From Eledone cirrhosa (Eukaryota): a DNA stretch of 64,000 bases. This document shows positions 47,490-58,871 of this stretch, piece after piece. The position numbers and the translations under genes were made by a program. A model generated the notes under the pieces. The model did not search any database, was not told where the DNA came from, and was given only the letters and a program-made list of their open reading frames with translations. Location: the NCBI GenBank assembly GCA_964016885.1, contig OZ024762.1, positions 7,192,001 to 7,256,000 of the forward strand, written 5' to 3'. Each line of letters begins with the position of its first letter. Within the stretch, counting starts at the first letter, position 1.

Positions 47490-48065
47490 GTAAATAAATG
47501 TGTGTGAACAACAAAGCATGGATGAACTGAGAGAGAAAAACTTGGTATAAGAGGGATCAGATGTTGTGTGTGTTTGTGTGGTAGGAGCATCTGATGCACA
47601 TAACCCTTGGCATTAAGTGCAGAGGGTGCAACTAAGCTGGAGAGAAATGAAACAAGCTTTCTTTGATAGATTTGTGGAGTGTAATGTCAATTAATGCGTG
47701 TGAACACAGCAAAGCATGGATGAACTGAGAGAAAAAAATTGGGTGTTAGAGGAATCAGATGTGTGTGTGTTTGTGTGCAAGAGAGAAGATTGCTAGCTTG
47801 GATGGACATGTGATGCACTTAGCCCTAGGCAGTAAAGGCAGAGGGAGGGACTAGACTGGATAGAAATGAAGTAAACTTGTTTTGATAGATGTGTGATACC
47901 TGTGTGTGAAAGATATGGGCAGTAAATATGCAGAACAGGGAACTACGTTGGAGAGAAATGAAGCAAGCTTGCTTTGATGGTTGTATGACATTAATGTGTA
48001 TGAATGAACTAGATGCAGTGTGTGAGAAGACTGTGCTGGTACAGACATGATGCATATGAATGATG
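47490..48065 (+). mobile_element. Degraded, locally duplicated RTE LINE fragments
   Basis: gaacaacaaagcatggatgaactgagag...gggatcagatg occurs twice and matches the 13651-14172 family. Confidence 0.6.
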
Positions 48066-48374
48066 TTTGTTGAGGGATCTTATTATAATTGTTGTGTGTG
48101 GGCAGTGGATTGGTAGAATCAGTAGAGTGTTGGGCACCATGCTTTGTGGCATAGAGTTACAGCCCTTTACGTTCTGATTTCAAATCCAGCCAAGGTGGGC
48201 TTTGCTTTTCATCCTTACGAGGTTGATACAATAAAGTACCAGTAACACACTGGGGTCAATTTCATCGACTTTCCCCTTCCCCAATAATTGTTGGCCTTGT
48301 GTCTAAATGAGAAACCATTATTATAGTTGTTAATATTATTCACTTCTTTTTCTCCTTCAGTCTAGCCCAGTCTT

Positions 48375-48860
48375 CTTCTGGCATCCTCTCCTTATAGTCC
48401 TCTCCTGTCATCCTCTCCCTATAGTCCTCTTCTGTCATCCTCTCTCTATAGTCCTCTTCTGTCATCTTCTCCCTATAGTCCTGTCATCTTCTCCCTATAG
48501 TCTTGTCATCTTCTCCTTATAGTCTTCTGTCATTCTCTCCCTATAGTCTTCTGTCATTCTCTCCCTATAGTTTTGTCATGTTCTCCTTATAGTCTCGTCA
48601 TGTTCTCCCTATAGTCTTGTCATCTTCTCCCTATAGTCTTGTCATCTTCTGCCTATAGTCTTGTCAACCTCTCGCTATAGTTCTCCGCCATCTTCTCCCT
48701 ATAGCCTTCTGTCCTCCTCTCCTTATATTCTTTTGTCACCCTCTCCCTATATTCTTGTCATCCTCTCCCTATAGTCTTGTCATCTCCCTATAGTCTTCTG
48801 TCATCCTCTCCCTTGTTATTCTCTCCCTATAGTCTTTTGTCATCTTCTCCTTATAGTCTT
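48375..48860. repeat. Pyrimidine-rich ~22-27-bp minisatellite
   Basis: tcttctccctatagtcttgtca repeated ~20x. Confidence 0.9.
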
Positions 48861-48898
48861 CTTCCACTTCCAAATACACTTCCTTTCTTTCTTTACAG

Positions 48899-49194
48899 AC
48901 AAACCAGATGGCGCTCACGTTATTGGATCTAATGAAAATTTGCGTGCATGTTTCCCGGGGCTGCAAATATTTGGAAGAGATGCATTTTGTCCATCGAGAC
49001 TTGGCTGCTCGCAACTGTTTAGTCTCATCAAAAAACCCCAGGGACATGGTGGTGAAAATTGGGGACTTTGGCCTTGCCAGAGATATCTATAAAAATGATT
49101 ACTATCGAAAAGAAGGAGAGGGCTTGTTACCTGTTCGATGGATGTCACCAGAGTCACTTGTAGACGGAGTCTTCACTACACAGTCAGATATATG
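48899..49194 (+). CDS. ROS1: ROS1-like exon 26 (catalytic and activation loops)
   Basis: ttacag/gtaaaa; [47 protein letters not shown], the ROS1/Sev-type activation loop. Confidence 0.98.
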
Positions 49195-49606
49195 GTAAAA
49201 ATACTTGCATTCTTTTCTTTTTACTGGTTTCACTCATTAGACAGTGGCCATACTGGGGCACTGCCCCAAAGGGATTCAGTTGATAATATCGACCTCAGCA
49301 CTCTTTTACTGATTTCACTGTGGCCATAATGGAACACTGCCGTGAAGGGATATAGTCAATCATATCGACGCCAGTGTTATTTTTACTGTTTTCTCTCATC
49401 AAACTGTGGCCATGCTGGATTATTATTATTGTTATTATTGTTATTATTATTTTTATTTTTCCTTCAGTATTGTTTCTGGTATATGCCGAGTGTCTTCCTT
49501 ACACCTAAGGCAAATAAATTCACTGTATGCATTGGTAAGCCAGTTAACACACCTCATTAAATATAATTTACAGCTTAACATTCTTACAGAGGGATATTAT
49601 TCTTAA

Positions 49607-50240
49607 AGAGATAGTGCTCTACTCACACTCACACTCACACACACATCTACACAAGGAGGGATATCATTTTAATAGAGATAGTGCTCTATTCACACTCACA
49701 CACACATCTACACAAGGAGGGATATCATTTTAATAGAGATAGTGCTCTACTCACACTCACACACACATCTACACAAGGAGGGATATCATTTTAATAGAGA
49801 TAGTGCTCTACTCACACTCACACACACATCTACACAAGGAGGGATATCATTTTAATAGAGATAGTGCTCTACTCACACTCACACACACATCTACACAAGG
49901 AGGGATATCATTTTAATAGAGATAGTGCTCTTCTCACACTCACACACACATCTACACAAGGAGGGATATCATTTTAATAGAGATAGTGCTCTACTCACAC
50001 TCACACACACATCTACACAAGGAGGGATATCATTTTAATAGAGATAGTGCTCTACTCACACTCACACACACATCTACACAAGGAGGGATATCATTTTAAT
50101 AGAGATAGTGCTCTACTCACACTCACACACACATCTACACAAGGAGGGATATCATTTTAATAGAGATAGTGCTCTTCTCACACTCACACACACATCTACA
50201 CAAGGAGGGATATCATTTTAATAGAGATAGTGCTCTTCTC
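49607..50240. repeat. Minisatellite, 61-bp unit, ~10 copies
   Basis: gagatagtgctctactcacactcacacacacatctacacaaggagggatatcattttaata. Confidence 0.95.
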
Positions 50241-50680
50241 AATACAATCATTCCCAGTGCTCCCACAATCACTGGTATTATAACAGCCTTGAGGTGCCAC
50301 ATTTTTTCAATTTCAATGAGCAGATCTTTATATTTTCTTGTCAAATTCTTTTGCCGTGATATTGTGATCACATGGGATGCTCATATCAATAAATAAACAG
50401 ACCTTGCTGTGTTGGTTTTTTACAATGATATCTGGTCTATTAGCTTTTATGGTCCGCTCAGCATGTACAGGAAAGTCCAAAAGAATTGTTACTTTTTCTC
50501 CTTCAGTTACAGCCTCAGGGTGATGATTGTACCATTTGTTAACAGCTTTGGTTTTATAATGCCAACATATTACCCAGTGTAGATATTAGCCAACTCTGTC
50601 ATGTCTGTATTTGTACTCTACTGGGGCTAAAACTTTACATCCAAAAACTAAGTAGTTCATTGTTTCAACCTCAATTATTA
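50240..50680 (-). mobile_element. R4/Dong-like LINE relic (restriction-like endonuclease region)
   Basis: Minus strand IDMSIPCDHNI and IEKMWHLKAVIIPVIVGALGMI. Confidence 0.75.
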
Positions 50681-51030
50681 TCATTGTTATTATTATCATT
50701 ATTATGTGGTATTGATGTTGTGGCCAGTGTAAATGTTTCCTATCCGACTACATCCCATAGTCTAGGAAAAGAAGCCATCTTGTCTTTTCTCCTATGGAGG
50801 TCTTTCTATAATGTTCATAGCTGTCCTTATTTTGTGCGAAGAACTTTCTGGATAATTCTTGCTGATTTAATTACATTAAAAATATGAAAAGAAAACTAAA
50901 TGGGGGTTTTAAGATCAGTAAAAATATCTGGAAATTTTTTTTGATGTGTAATTTATATCCAAAGTTTTCTTGTATTATACATGAGAAGATATGTTAATTT
51001 AAACTGAAAGATATGTACATCTGTCTGCAG

Positions 51031-51165
51031 GTCGTTTGGTGTTCTTATGTGGGAAGTCATCACATATGGTCAACAACCTTATCCAGCAAGGACAAACTTA
51101 GAAGTTTTGCAGTACGTTCGGTCAGGGGGCAGACTGGACCGGCCAGACAACTGCCCGGAATATTT
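51031..51165 (+). CDS. ROS1: ROS1-like exon 27 (kinase alphaF-alphaG)
   Basis: ctgcag/gtaaga; SFGVLMWEVITYGQQPYPARTNLEVLQYVRSGGRLDRPDNCPEY. Confidence 0.97.
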
Positions 51166-52211
51166 GTAAGAACAACAACTGTTTTCTTCTTTATTTCTTT
51201 TAGAATTAATGCTATTTATTGCTGATATAAACATTTTGAAATGATGCTTGTAAATCGGGGGGGGGGGGTCTTCAAAATGGTCAATACTGACCCCTGGGGG
51301 TTGATGGGACTCTTCAAGGGGCTGAAAAATGCTGGGGGGATCAAAAGGGGGTCGATAAACGCCCGCCAGGGATCGATGGTCTAAAACATTTGGGGAACCC
51401 TGTTATAAACAGTACCAGATTTACATATATTCAAATATATTTTTTAAATGTTCATATCCACAGTAAGGGGCCAATCTTATTTTACATATATATTAAAATA
51501 TTTATTAAAATATTTCATATCCAGAGTGGGGGGGGGGGGCATCTTATTTTTAAATATATATTAAAATATATTATCAGGATAGGAGCCCATCCTGATTTTA
51601 ATTTATATTAAAATGTTTTATATCCAGGGTAGAGGCATATCTTATTTTAAATATTAAAATATATTTTTTAATGTTTTATATGCAGGTTAGGGGCCCACCG
51701 CATGCTTAAATGTATATTAAATCTTTTCAAATCCTGAGTAGGGGCCCGTCATATTTTAAATATATATTAAGGTATAGCCACAAAACATGACATTTTTGTC
51801 CAAATTTAGAATATTATAATTTTTATTAAATACATTTCTTTTTCTTTGGTGTCACCTCTATTTTAGAGATTGGCATGGCTTCATTGATATTGCAATGTCA
51901 CCAGTTGTTTTATATGTAGGCTTATTTTCATGTACCATTAATTTTCATTAGCTTTCTTGTGAGAAGACACTGATGGGCCCAAATGTTCTCTAGCCCCCTC
52001 TAATGGCTTTAGCCAGGGCCCTGACTTTAGGTGTCACTTCTTCTACTTCTTCACCCATTTATTCCTGAGATAGGTTTGAGGGGGTAGAGTCCTGAAACAC
52101 TCCTACCATTGGGTCCTGTCCTGGCTGAATCCCCCAAGTGAGACCAGCCATTCTCTAGTGCGAGTAGAGCCCCCTCTAGTGGTTTTAACCAGGGTCCTGT
52201 CATTAGATGTC

Positions 52212-52242
<31 letters not shown>

Positions 52243-52779
52243 CTTCTTCTTCTTCTTCTTCTTCTTCTTCTTCTTCTTCTTCTCCTCCTCCTCCCCCTCC
52301 TCCTCAGTAATACCAGATTTTCCATAAATTCTTCTCTCACTTAATGGAGAAGAGATGGAGGCCATCACCAAGCAGTGGTTCATTTGATCTGGTGTGACAC
52401 ATGCAGTGTATGTCACAGTTTCCTTGACAGTCACCAATACAGCTTATGTGAGACCCTTAGTTAAGAACAGTGTTGTTGGTCTGGTAGTTTTATAGTAGGT
52501 CTTTCAAAGGGATAATGATTAATTGAAAATGAAGTAATGTATGTTTTATTGGCAACATGGCCATCCCCAAATATTACAATAATAACTTTATTGTTGTAAT
52601 ATTTGAGATTTAACCTGCTCTTCTTCATCCCCTAATTGCTGGGATGGTCATGGGAACAGAGTCATTAAGTACTCCCTCTTCCAGTGAGTCCTGTGATCAG
52701 ATGCAACCATCTCCAATTGCTCTCTGGTTGAGCAAGACCAACCGTTCTCTACGCACAGGTAGATACAGACCCCCCAAGC

Positions 52780-53340
52780 CCACCCCCACCCCCACCACCA
52801 CTCCCTTCCTTCTGTGGCTTTAACCAGGACCCCTGCCCACCCACCCCACCACTACCACCACCACCACTCCCTTCCTTCTGTGGCTTTAACCAGGACCCCC
52901 GCCCACCCCCACGGCCACCCCCACCCCCACCACCACTCCCTCCCTTCTGTGGCTTTAACCAGGACCCCACACCACCCCACCACCACTCCCTTCCTTCTGT
53001 GGCTTTAACCAGGACCCCACACCACCCCCACCCCCACCACCACTCCCTTCCTTCTGTGGCTTTAACCAGGACCCCACACCACCCCCACCCCCACACCCAC
53101 TCCCTTCCTTCTGTGGCTTTAACCAGGACCCCACACCACCCCCACCACCACTCCCTTCCTTCTGTGGCTTTAACCAGGACCCCACACCACCCCCACCCCC
53201 ACACCCACTCCCTTCCTTCTGTGGCTTTAACCAGGACCCCACACCACCCCCACCACCACTCCCTTCCTTCTGTGGCTTTAACCAGAAACCCCACACCACC
53301 CCCACACCCACTCCCTTCCTTCTGTGGCTTTAAACAGGAC
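52780..53340. repeat. C-rich minisatellite (~51-66-bp units)
   Basis: cactcccttccttctgtggctttaaccaggacccc plus a variable cac tract. Confidence 0.9.
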
Positions 53341-53406
53341 CCTCTCTTTTGGTGTCACTTAATCTTAAAATTGATGTCAAATTCTACCGCTGTTTTGTAA
53401 TAACAG

Positions 53407-53537
53407 ATACCAGTTAAAACTGAATTGTTGGAGTTACGCTCCTGAAGATCGACCAACTTCTTTCTTTATCCTGGAACAACTGGAACTTTTCTATCAAAGA
53501 CTTCTCGAAGAGTCGATGCTCAACAAAAACACAACAA
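53407..53537 (+). CDS. ROS1: ROS1-like exon 28 (kinase C-terminal end)
   Basis: taacag/gtaagc; YQLKLNCWSYAPEDRPTSFFILEQLE; phase 2 start fits exon 27. Confidence 0.9.
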
Positions 53538-53599
53538 GTAAGCAACAAAGAAAACGAGAGCAAAATAAAACAAAAAAATTAATTATAAATGTGTTTTTT

Positions 53600-53605
53600 T
53601 TTTAT

Positions 53606-53658
<53 letters not shown>

Positions 53659-53695
53659 GTACATATATATATGTATGTATATACGTATATATATG

Positions 53696-53743
<48 letters not shown>

Positions 53744-53797
53744 CTATTTGTATTATATATATATATATATATGTGTGTGTGTATATATATAAATACG

Positions 53798-53829
<32 letters not shown>

Positions 53830-53863
53830 TTTATATATATGTGTGTATATATATATAAATACG

Positions 53864-53894
<31 letters not shown>

Positions 53895-54001
53895 ATATAT
53901 ATATATATTTATATATATATATATACACACACATATATACATATATATGTATATATATATATATATTCACACATATATATATATATATATGTATGTGTGT
54001 G

Positions 54002-54070
<69 letters not shown>

Positions 54071-54322
54071 GCTTTTGTTTACTTTCTTTCTTTTTTCTTT
54101 TTGTACATCTTTTTTTGCTGCTGTGAATTCTTTGCTAAATTTATTTGTGTGTATATATGTGTGTATATATATATATATATGTAATGTCTGATAGTGTATA
54201 TATGAGTGTATATATATGTTTGTAATGTCTGTTAGAGTATATATGAGTATATATATATATATATATATGTATGTAATGTCTGTTAGTGTATATATGAGTA
54301 TATATATATGTAATGTATGTTA

Positions 54323-54371
<49 letters not shown>

Positions 54372-54509
54372 ATGTATGTTAGTGTATATATGAGTATATA
54401 TATATATGTAATGTCTGTTAGTGTATATATGAGTGTATATATATATATATAATGTCTGTTAGTGTATATATGAGTGTATATATATATAATGTCTGTAGTG
54501 TATATATGA

Positions 54510-54568
<59 letters not shown>

Positions 54569-54764
54569 GTCTGTTAGTGTATATATGAGTGTATCATCAT
54601 CAATGTCTGTTAGTGTATATATGTGTGTATATATATATATATGTAATGTCTGGTAGTGTATATATGAGTGTGTATATATATATATATGTAATGTCTCTTA
54701 GTGTATATATGAGTGTATATATGAGTGTATATATATATATATATATATAATGTCTGTTAGTGTA

Positions 54765-54806
<42 letters not shown>

Positions 54807-55065
54807 ATATCTGTTAGTGTATATATATATATATATATATGTAATATCTGTTAGTGTATATATGTGTATATGTAATGTCTGTTAGTGTGTATGTATATAT
54901 AATCTCTGTTAGTGTATGTGTGTATGTATATATAATGCTTGTTAGTGCGTGTGTATGTATGTATATGTAATGTCTATTAGTGTATGTACATGTAATGTCT
55001 GTTAGTGTGTGTATGTATATGTAATGTCTGTTAGTGTGTATGTGTGTATATGTGTGTGTGTGTGT
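53600..55065. repeat. (TA)n/(TG)n microsatellites and a taatgtctgttagtgtatatatgag compound minisatellite
   Basis: Direct inspection. Confidence 0.9.
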
Positions 55066-55226
55066 TTTTACTCTAAGAATGGCTATGTGTACCTTGGATG
55101 CTTTTTGTTGCAATTTCTTTCCATTCCTTTCCTGTTTTATTTTTTGTTTAACCCAAACCTTCCTATTTAGTTTATTACAGACTCATGAAGCAATGTTGCT
55201 CTCCCCTCCTCATATATAATTAATTA

Positions 55227-55549
55227 CCATATTTGCTGGCATATAAGACGCCCCTTCATATAAGACGCCCCCTCGTTTCACAAGGACATTTTGAGAAAAA
55301 AAGAATTTTAGTACATTTCATAAATTTATTAAAAATTATTTCATTGCTTTTTCAGGAACATCATTTTGCTTATATAAATTGTATTGCTGTATTAGTAATA
55401 CTAATAGTAATACAAACTAAATTTTTGTAACCATGATTGTCCTCACCCTTCATTTTGCCTCCCATTAGTGATATGGGCGTATTGGACGCAGGGAAGAATT
55501 TTTATATGATTTTTGAAAAAAAGTGCGTCCAGTAGGCCGGCAAATACAG
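55227..55549. mobile_element. Tc1/mariner-superfamily (Tc2/pogo-like) MITE
   Basis: Imperfect TIRs ccatatttgctggcatataagacgc / gcgtccagtaggccggcaaatacag, TA on both sides. Confidence 0.7.
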
Positions 55550-56449
55550 TAACTAAATCTAACAGTGAACATTATATTTAGTTAATTATTTCTAACAGGC
55601 TCAGCAAGCAATATTGCTTCTTCTCGTTATGTTTTAATTAGTCAATTAATTCTATGAAACTGAGCCACCAATATTGCTTCTTCTCTTTGTTTTAATTAGT
55701 TCTTAGTGAGAAGAAAAACAAATAAAAGCAAAGAAGAAAAAAGGAAAATATATAATCCATTATTAGATCAGTTTAAAACTATAGCGTTTTGTTTTTTTCT
55801 TAGGTTGACTACTTTCAAGGAATATATTTTTATAAACCTAAATAATAATAATAATAATAATTATTATAATGAATTATTATAATAATAATGATAAGGGTCT
55901 AATGATTACTTATCCCAAATCCCAGGAAACCCACGTATAGAAGAAATACAAAAGTTAGTACTAATGGGAACTGCCCATATACTAAGGAAGATTCAAGTTT
56001 AAACACTTAAAGATACATGTGTGTGTGTGTGTTCTTTCTTGAACATGGCAGACCTTGTTGTCTCTTTAGGTCACTGGTTGTGACTTGGTGATAACTCGTA
56101 TGAACATAAAACAAGATAAATGAAAAAATAATAATAATAATTGTTTCTACTTTTGGCACAAGGCCAGCAATTACCCAGTCTATTACTGGTACTCTACTGA
56201 TAATAATAATGATTTCTAGTATAGGCACAAGGCCAGTAATTTGGGAGGAGGGGAAAGTCGATTAAATCGACCCCAATACGTTACTGGTGCTTTATTTTAT
56301 CGACCCCGTAAGGATGAAAGGCAAAGCTAATCTCTGCGGGATTTGAACTCAGAACGTAAAGGGCCGTAACTCTATGCTGCGAAGCATGTTGTCCGACACT
56401 CTACTGATTCTACCAATCCACCGCCCTTAATAATAATAATAGTCTATTT

Positions 56450-58830
56450 AAATTAAGTGAACAAAAACTAGTTTGTCAGACTCGTGTAATAAGAACTAAT
56501 GAATGGAAAAGCAAGTTGGAATTGGGGGAACTGAGTAGAGAGATTAAGGTGGAAAGTGAGGTAGATCAGGCAAATGAGCATGTAGAAAGTGGAGTGAAGG
56601 TAAATGAGCCAGTAGAAAATTAGGGTGAAGTGGTTGGGAGACTTGAGGAGGTAACTGAAGAAGACAATGATCTAATGATTGAGATAAATAACATCTGGAG
56701 TAAAGATATAGCCATTGAGAAAATGAACGCTGAGACGGGCTAGGGGAAGATTTTGTTGATATTGTGAATTTGATGGTCAATGAAAATAATAACGATAGTG
56801 GAAAACCTATGAAGCTAAGATTTGAAGATAGAAAAAAAAAAGATAAAACAAATGACAGCTACGGTAAACAGAGTCGTCTTATACCTGAAGGTAAAGAATC
56901 CTTACCAAATCAACAACATCCTTAAAGCAGCTGCAAATGTGGTGAAATAATTGCTAGGTTTCAAGACTCTTGGGAAAACAGATGAGAAAGGACAGAACCT
57001 TGGTGGAATGGTCAAATCAAGGAAATAAAGGAGATTGGGAAACTTGACTCTTTATTAAATGGGACACTACAAAACATAGATACTAAGGATAGATTAACAA
57101 GGTGAAGTACTGCAGTGGTTGACAAAAGGTACCATGGTTCTAATAATGGAAGACCTAGTCAAGCGAAATGATGTTACCAACTATAGGCCAATTACATGTC
57201 TGTCCTTAATGTCGCAATTGCTAACAAGAGGAAATCTATCACCACCTCGACATAAACAACTTATAACCGAAGGAACAGAAAGGATGCTGAAAGAAGTCCC
57301 ATGGTACAAAGTTACTTATTAACATGGTACCAGTTACTTATTAACAAGTTAATAATAAGGAACTGCAAGAGGAGACACACTGGTCTTGCCATGGGATGGA
57401 TAGACTACAAGAAGGCATTCAACATGGTTCCTCATTCTTGGATAACAAAGTGCCTGGAAGTCTTCAAGGTGGCAGACAACATCAGACTGTTATTATGTAA
57501 TAGAATGGAGAACTGGGAGACAGAGTTAACATCAGGGGAAGAATATTTGGCAGAAGTGAAAATCAAGAGAGGTATCTACCAAGGATATAGTTTCTCCCCT
57601 TTATTGTTTGTTTTTACCCTCATACCCTTGTCCTTCATATTACAAAAAGTGAAGGCAATATATGAACTGGAAAGAGAACTTATTATCAACCACTTTCTCT
57701 TCATGGATGACCTAAAACTCTTCAGGAAGGGTGGGGAGGAATTGGATGTACTTGTTAACACAGTTCGTATTTTCAGCAATTATATATGTATGGAATTTGA
57801 TGTTAATAGGTGTGAAGTCCTAATTATCAGGAGAGGTAAATTGAAGAGCAACCATTCTCTGGGATATGCCAATACATACAGACAGAGAGATCAAAGCCAA
57901 CCAGATGTTAGAGTCTAAGACCACATAGAAACAAAATGCCTTCAAATAGATGTAGCAATCCCCACAGACGATAATATATCTTCCAAGGAAATAGAGAAAT
58001 TCTCCAAATATAAATATCTAGAGGTAGAAATAACCCGAATGTGGAAAATGAAAACAGAAACAATACCTATAATAATAGGTGCTCTGGGAATGATAAAAAA
58101 CACACAAATACATAGCCAAACCCTGAGACTTACAAATATATACAGCATACAAAAGATAGCACTACTAGGCACTGTATATATATTATATAGAGTACCACAG
58201 GACTTACAAATATATACAGCATACAGAAGATAGCACTACTAGGTACTGTATATATATTATATAGAGTACCACAGGACTTACAAATATATACAACATACAA
58301 AAGATAGCACTACTAGGCACTGTATATATATATAGAGTACCACAGGACTTACAAATATATACAACATACAAAAGATAGCACTACTAGGCACTGTATATAT
58401 ATTATATAGAGTACCACAGGACTTACAAATATATACAGCATACAAAAGATAGCACTACTAGGTACTGTATATATATTATATAGAGTACCACAGGACTTAC
58501 AAATATATACAGCATACAAAAGATAGCACTACTAGGCACTGTATATATATTATATAGAGTACCACAGGACTTACAAATATATACAACATACAAAAGATAG
58601 CACTACTAGGCACTGTATATATATTATATAGAGTACCACAGGACTTACAAATATATACAGCATACAAAAGATAGCACTACTAGGCACTACTAGGCACTGC
58701 ACACATATTACGAAAAGTACTATCAATACAATAGAAACAACATCAGCAAAAAACTACACTGCACATACCCAAGGTACACAGAGCTGTGCTCGGTAAAGCA
58801 GTAATGATGCGCAATAAAAATAATAATGGA
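56450..58830 (+). mobile_element. R4/Dong-clade non-LTR retrotransposon, degraded and internally deleted
   Basis: NYRPITCL, WIDYKKAFNMVPHSWI, RGIYQG.S.SPLLF, HFLFMDDLKLF (RT); IDVAIP...EKFSKY...MWKMKTETIPIIIGALG (RLE); flanked by (TAA)n-like repeats. 5' boundary approximate. Confidence 0.85.
58127..58700. repeat. Minisatellite, ~74-bp unit, ~7.5 copies, derived from the R4 element 3' coding end
   Basis: gacttacaaatatatacagcatacaaaagatagcactactaggcactg... encodes IQKIALLGT. Confidence 0.9.
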
Positions 58831-58871
58831 AATAATGATAATAATAATGACAATGATGATGATGATGATGA

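Noticed and set aside
53583-54184. Tyr/Ile-rich ORFs on both strands
   Set aside because: (TA)n microsatellite translations.
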